Shown piece by piece: positions 63,855-64,000 of a stretch of DNA of 64,000 nt. The position numbers and the translations under genes are program-made. The stretch's first letter is position 1, and each line of letters opens with the position of its first letter. This stretch comes from Pyrinomonas sp. Its GTDB lineage: Bacteria > Acidobacteriota > Blastocatellia > Pyrinomonadales > Pyrinomonadaceae. The notes under the pieces are model-generated. The model searched no databases, was not told where the DNA came from, and saw nothing but the letters and a program-made list of their open reading frames with translations. Location of the stretch: the NCBI RefSeq assembly GCF_040289685.1, contig NZ_PSLQ01000002.1, forward strand, positions 24,387 to 88,386, written 5' to 3'.

Positions 63855-64000
63855 TTTGCGGGCGACCAACGACTGCGCTTCGGAGCGCAATGGGAATTGC
63901 GGTTCGCATATGGTTGGGGCGAACAAAGAACCAGTTTCGATCGAGCGAAGTTGCAGGCGGAGACCTTAATTCAGTTGATTCGAGGCGGACTAAGGAACCA

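Noticed and set aside
1-64000. Mobile genetic element, prophage or defence island
   Set aside because: No integrase, transposase, recombinase, phage structural, restriction-modification, toxin-antitoxin or cas-like ORFs were recognised. The HNH protein at 1171-1698 is a small stand-alone conserved type without partner genes.

Overview
GC-rich bacterial chromosomal segment, densely coding on both strands. I saw no rRNA, tRNA, transposase, integrase, cas gene, CRISPR array or prophage signature. There is one clear RNA gene, tmRNA (ssrA, 4168-4556, minus strand).

Layout:
(i) 0-8.5 kb is housekeeping: ComF-like protein, HNH nuclease, tatA, radA, ssrA and a class A PBP.
(ii) 8.8-37 kb is an accessory uptake and catabolism region. 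It holds an SDR-VOC-DUF1838 operon, a CarboxypepD_reg-type TonB-dependent receptor, and an NTF2-like gene coupled to a degenerate nitrilase-superfamily gene. An 11-gene minus-strand run follows: acyl-CoA synthetase, amidohydrolase_2, an 81-aa ORF, bicupin, GntR/HutC regulator, dihydropyrimidinase-like hydrolase, MFS transporter, YciI, a second DUF1838, aldehyde dehydrogenase and a small beta-barrel protein. A divergent plus-strand operon encodes an exported protein, HyuA, HyuB, an isochorismatase-like amidase, a family III CoA-transferase and an HMG-CoA-lyase-like enzyme. An atypical TonB_C protein closes the region.
(iii) 37-64 kb is housekeeping (SAMHD1-like HD protein, murI, rph, selA, csp, nrdR, lon, LysM lytic transglycosylase, comM/yifB, dcd, gamma-CA-like) interleaved with an orphan sensor kinase and two ECF sigma/anti-sigma modules.

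Taxon guess, inference only and low confidence: Acidobacteriota-like, based on the CarboxypepD_reg TonB receptor, the number of ECF modules and the DUF4097 genes.

Most worth a second look:
- the 12-37 kb island, which combines five unrelated C-N hydrolase superfamilies with CoA-thioester enzymes;
- a hyuAB-amidase operon that continues into a CoA-transferase and an HMG-CoA-lyase-like gene;
- two enzymes with substituted catalytic residues: a nitrilase-fold protein with Cys->Ser and Lys->Arg, and an SDR with Tyr->Asp;
- an ECF operon whose anti-sigma factor carries two tandem zinc-binding anti-sigma motifs;
- several short direct repeats in intergenic regions.

I did not find a convincing defence system or mobile element. 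All functional calls come from motif recognition by eye on the supplied translations, not from database searches. Many start codons were trimmed from the ORF track using SD and start context and remain uncertain.
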